Positions 62,300 to 64,000 of a DNA stretch of 64,000 nt are shown here, in pieces; positions within the stretch are counted from its first letter, which is position 1; each line of letters starts with the position of its first letter. The notes below the pieces were generated by a model. That model was not told the origin of the DNA. It saw only the letters and a program-made list of their open reading frames with translations, and searched no databases. Origin of the DNA: Nitrospirota bacterium (GTDB lineage: Bacteria > Nitrospirota > UBA9217); contig CAVUHW010000022.1 in the NCBI GenBank assembly GCA_963741205.1, positions 64,001-128,000 of the forward strand, read 5' to 3'. The position numbers and the translations under genes are program-made.

Positions 62300-63121
62300 A
62301 TGATAAAACTTGACAAGAAGACCATCGCCGGCGTATCGTTGGCCGGCCTCGTGCTGGCCGGCGTTGTCTATCTTCTGTATGCCCATGGATTTATCGAGTA
62401 TTTCACCAACCGGCACCGGCTGCTGAACCTCATCAACGCGCATCGCGCATATGCTGCTTTTATTTTCATCGGACTCCAGGCGCTGCAGGTCGTTGCGGCC
62501 CCTGTTCCCGGCGAGGTGACGGGCTTTGTCGGCGGGGTGTTTTTCGGACCGATGTGGGGCACACTCTATTCGACCGTAGGACTGGCCCTCGGCTCATGGG
62601 TGGCGTTTCTCCTTGCCCGGCTCGCTGGCCGGCCCCTCGTCGAGAGGGTCGTGAAACGCGAGACGATCGATCGTTACGACTACGTGATGAAACACAAAGG
62701 CATGTTCCTCGCCTTTCTCATGTTTCTCATCCCCGGCTTTCCCAAGGACATTCTCTGCTACCTGCTCGGACTGGGACATATGGGTCAGCGTGATTTTCTC
62801 ATCGTCTCGACATCCGGCCGGCTCCTCGGCACCACGCTGCTCACGCTCGGAGGCACATTCTTCCGCCACCGGCGGTACGGCGCGCTCTTCACGCTGGCCG
62901 GCGTAAGTATTTTCCTCATTTTGCTCACCATGATCTACCGCGAGACCATCGAGCGCTGGTTCCGCAGGATGCGCGCGGCTCAGCTTCTCAAACAGCGGGC
63001 AAACCGCGCCCGTCTGAAGAAAAGGCAGATAAGCGCAAAGCGCATAGCGAGCATCTTTTACGCATGGCGTTGCTTTCAGCATTTTCGCTATGCTCTTTGC
63101 GCTCTGCGCCATGCTCATTAG
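62300..63121 (+). CDS. TVP38/TMEM64 (DedA/VTT) membrane protein
   Basis: LQVVAAPVPGE, LIPGFPKDILCY; the C-terminal tail runs into a repeat element. Confidence 0.88.
   Translation: MIKLDKKTIAGVSLAGLVLAGVVYLLYAHGFIEYFTNRHRLLNLINAHRAYAAFIFIGLQALQVVAAPVPGEVTGFVGGVFFGPMWGTLYSTVGLALGSWVAFLLARLAGRPLVERVVKRETIDRYDYVMKHKGMFLAFLMFLIPGFPKDILCYLLGLGHMGQRDFLIVSTSGRLLGTTLLTLGGTFFRHRRYGALFTLAGVSIFLILLTMIYRETIERWFRRMRAAQLLKQRANRARLKKRQISAKRIASIFYAWRCFQHFRYALCALRHAH
63033..63116. repeat. Inverted heptamer tandem repeat element (GCGCATA family)
   Basis: gcgcaaa gcgcata gcg ... cgctatg ctctttg cgctctg cgccatg. Confidence 0.6.
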
Positions 63122-63122
63122 T

Positions 63123-63806
63123 TCAGACGCCCTTCCTGGCCTTATCTCTTCGGTCCTCATGAATGCCGGTCACGCGGTCCTTGTACCGCGTGTTGATGAT
63201 GGCGCAGACCTCTTCGGGATCGTCGACCACGTGCATGAGGTCGAGGTCCTCGGGGCTGATGTTTTTTTCCGCGAGCATCGTCTTCCGGAGCCAGTCGAAC
63301 AGGCCTGCCCAGTACTCCTTGCCGACCAGCACGACCGGGAAGCTCCGTATCTTTTTCGTTTGAATGAGCGTGAGCGCTTCGAAGAGTTCGTCCATGGTCC
63401 CGAATCCGCCGGGGAAGATGACATACCCCACGGCGTATTTCACAAACATCAGCTTGCGCACGAAGAAGTAGCGAAATTCGACCCGAATGTCCTGAAACTG
63501 GTTTTGGGCCTGCTCCATGGGAAGCTCTATGTTCAGGCCGACGGAGACACCGTTTGCGTTCTGCGCGCCCTTGTTTGCCGCCTCCATGATGCCTGGCCCG
63601 CCTCCCGAGATGACGGCGAAGCCGTCTTTCGCCAGACGCTCGGTGATTTTCAGACACTTGTTGTAGTAGGGTGAACCGGGGGCGATCCGAGCGCTTCCGA
63701 AAATGGTCACGGCGGGTCCGACGCCGTTCAGGGCCTCAAAACCCTCAACCAGTTCCGCCATGATTCTGAACACACGCCAGGTGTCGGATTTTGCCAGATC
63801 TTCCAT
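63123..63806 (-). CDS. LOG-family protein (TIGR00730)
   Basis: FGSAR, SGGGPGIMEA, YFFVRK, PGGFGTMDE. Confidence 0.93.
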   Translation of the reverse strand: MEDLAKSDTWRVFRIMAELVEGFEALNGVGPAVTIFGSARIAPGSPYYNKCLKITERLAKDGFAVISGGGPGIMEAANKGAQNANGVSVGLNIELPMEQAQNQFQDIRVEFRYFFVRKLMFVKYAVGYVIFPGGFGTMDELFEALTLIQTKKIRSFPVVLVGKEYWAGLFDWLRKTMLAEKNISPEDLDLMHVVDDPEEVCAIINTRYKDRVTGIHEDRRDKARKGV

Positions 63807-64000
63807 GCTTGCTCCTCCCTGATGAGAACAAATTCCCTAATAATCTAAAACGCCAAATCGCAAATTCCAAATCCCGGTATAAGAGAAAGAGAAGAAACGA
63901 AAAATTCGGCGGAGAAAAGATGAGCGCTGCTCGACAACGGAAAAGAATGACTGTCGCTCACGCGCGTTCCCCCGTATTGTGAGCGTGCCGCGACATTTGC

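Overview
GC-rich bacterial chromosomal window from an anaerobe. Gene content is reminiscent of anaerobic Nitrospirota or Desulfobacterota, but that is inference only. Many genes carry scattered 1-bp indels that look like long-read consensus errors. From left to right: a truncated pentose-phosphate operon (tkt, aldose epimerase, pgl, rpiA, then an rpe/ppgK deletion scar); envelope and transport genes; a cytochrome c-CopD-cytochrome b5 fusion ahead of norCB; a group 3b [NiFe] (sulf)hydrogenase operon; and a signalling region (dksA, GAF-HD-GYP, Smr, GAF + CheY-like, a ~1480-aa PPDK-like protein lacking the pyruvate domain, rlmN, two receivers). Next is a ~22.5-kb Wood-Ljungdahl cluster: cooC, ygfA, folE, a GltD/NfnB-like flavoprotein fused to ferredoxin and MvhD domains, metV, metF, panB, thyA, cooC2, panG, acsEDCB, a NuoEF/Hyl-type selenocysteine formate dehydrogenase and fhs. 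No cooS or folD is present. Small accessory genes close the window. Best novelty candidates: the flavoprotein-MvhD-MetVF module (a possible new methylene-THF reductase architecture), the giant PPDK-like phosphotransferase, and a four-way-junction RNA leader upstream of the GAF-CheY operon. No CRISPR array, rRNA, tRNA or intact mobile element was seen.
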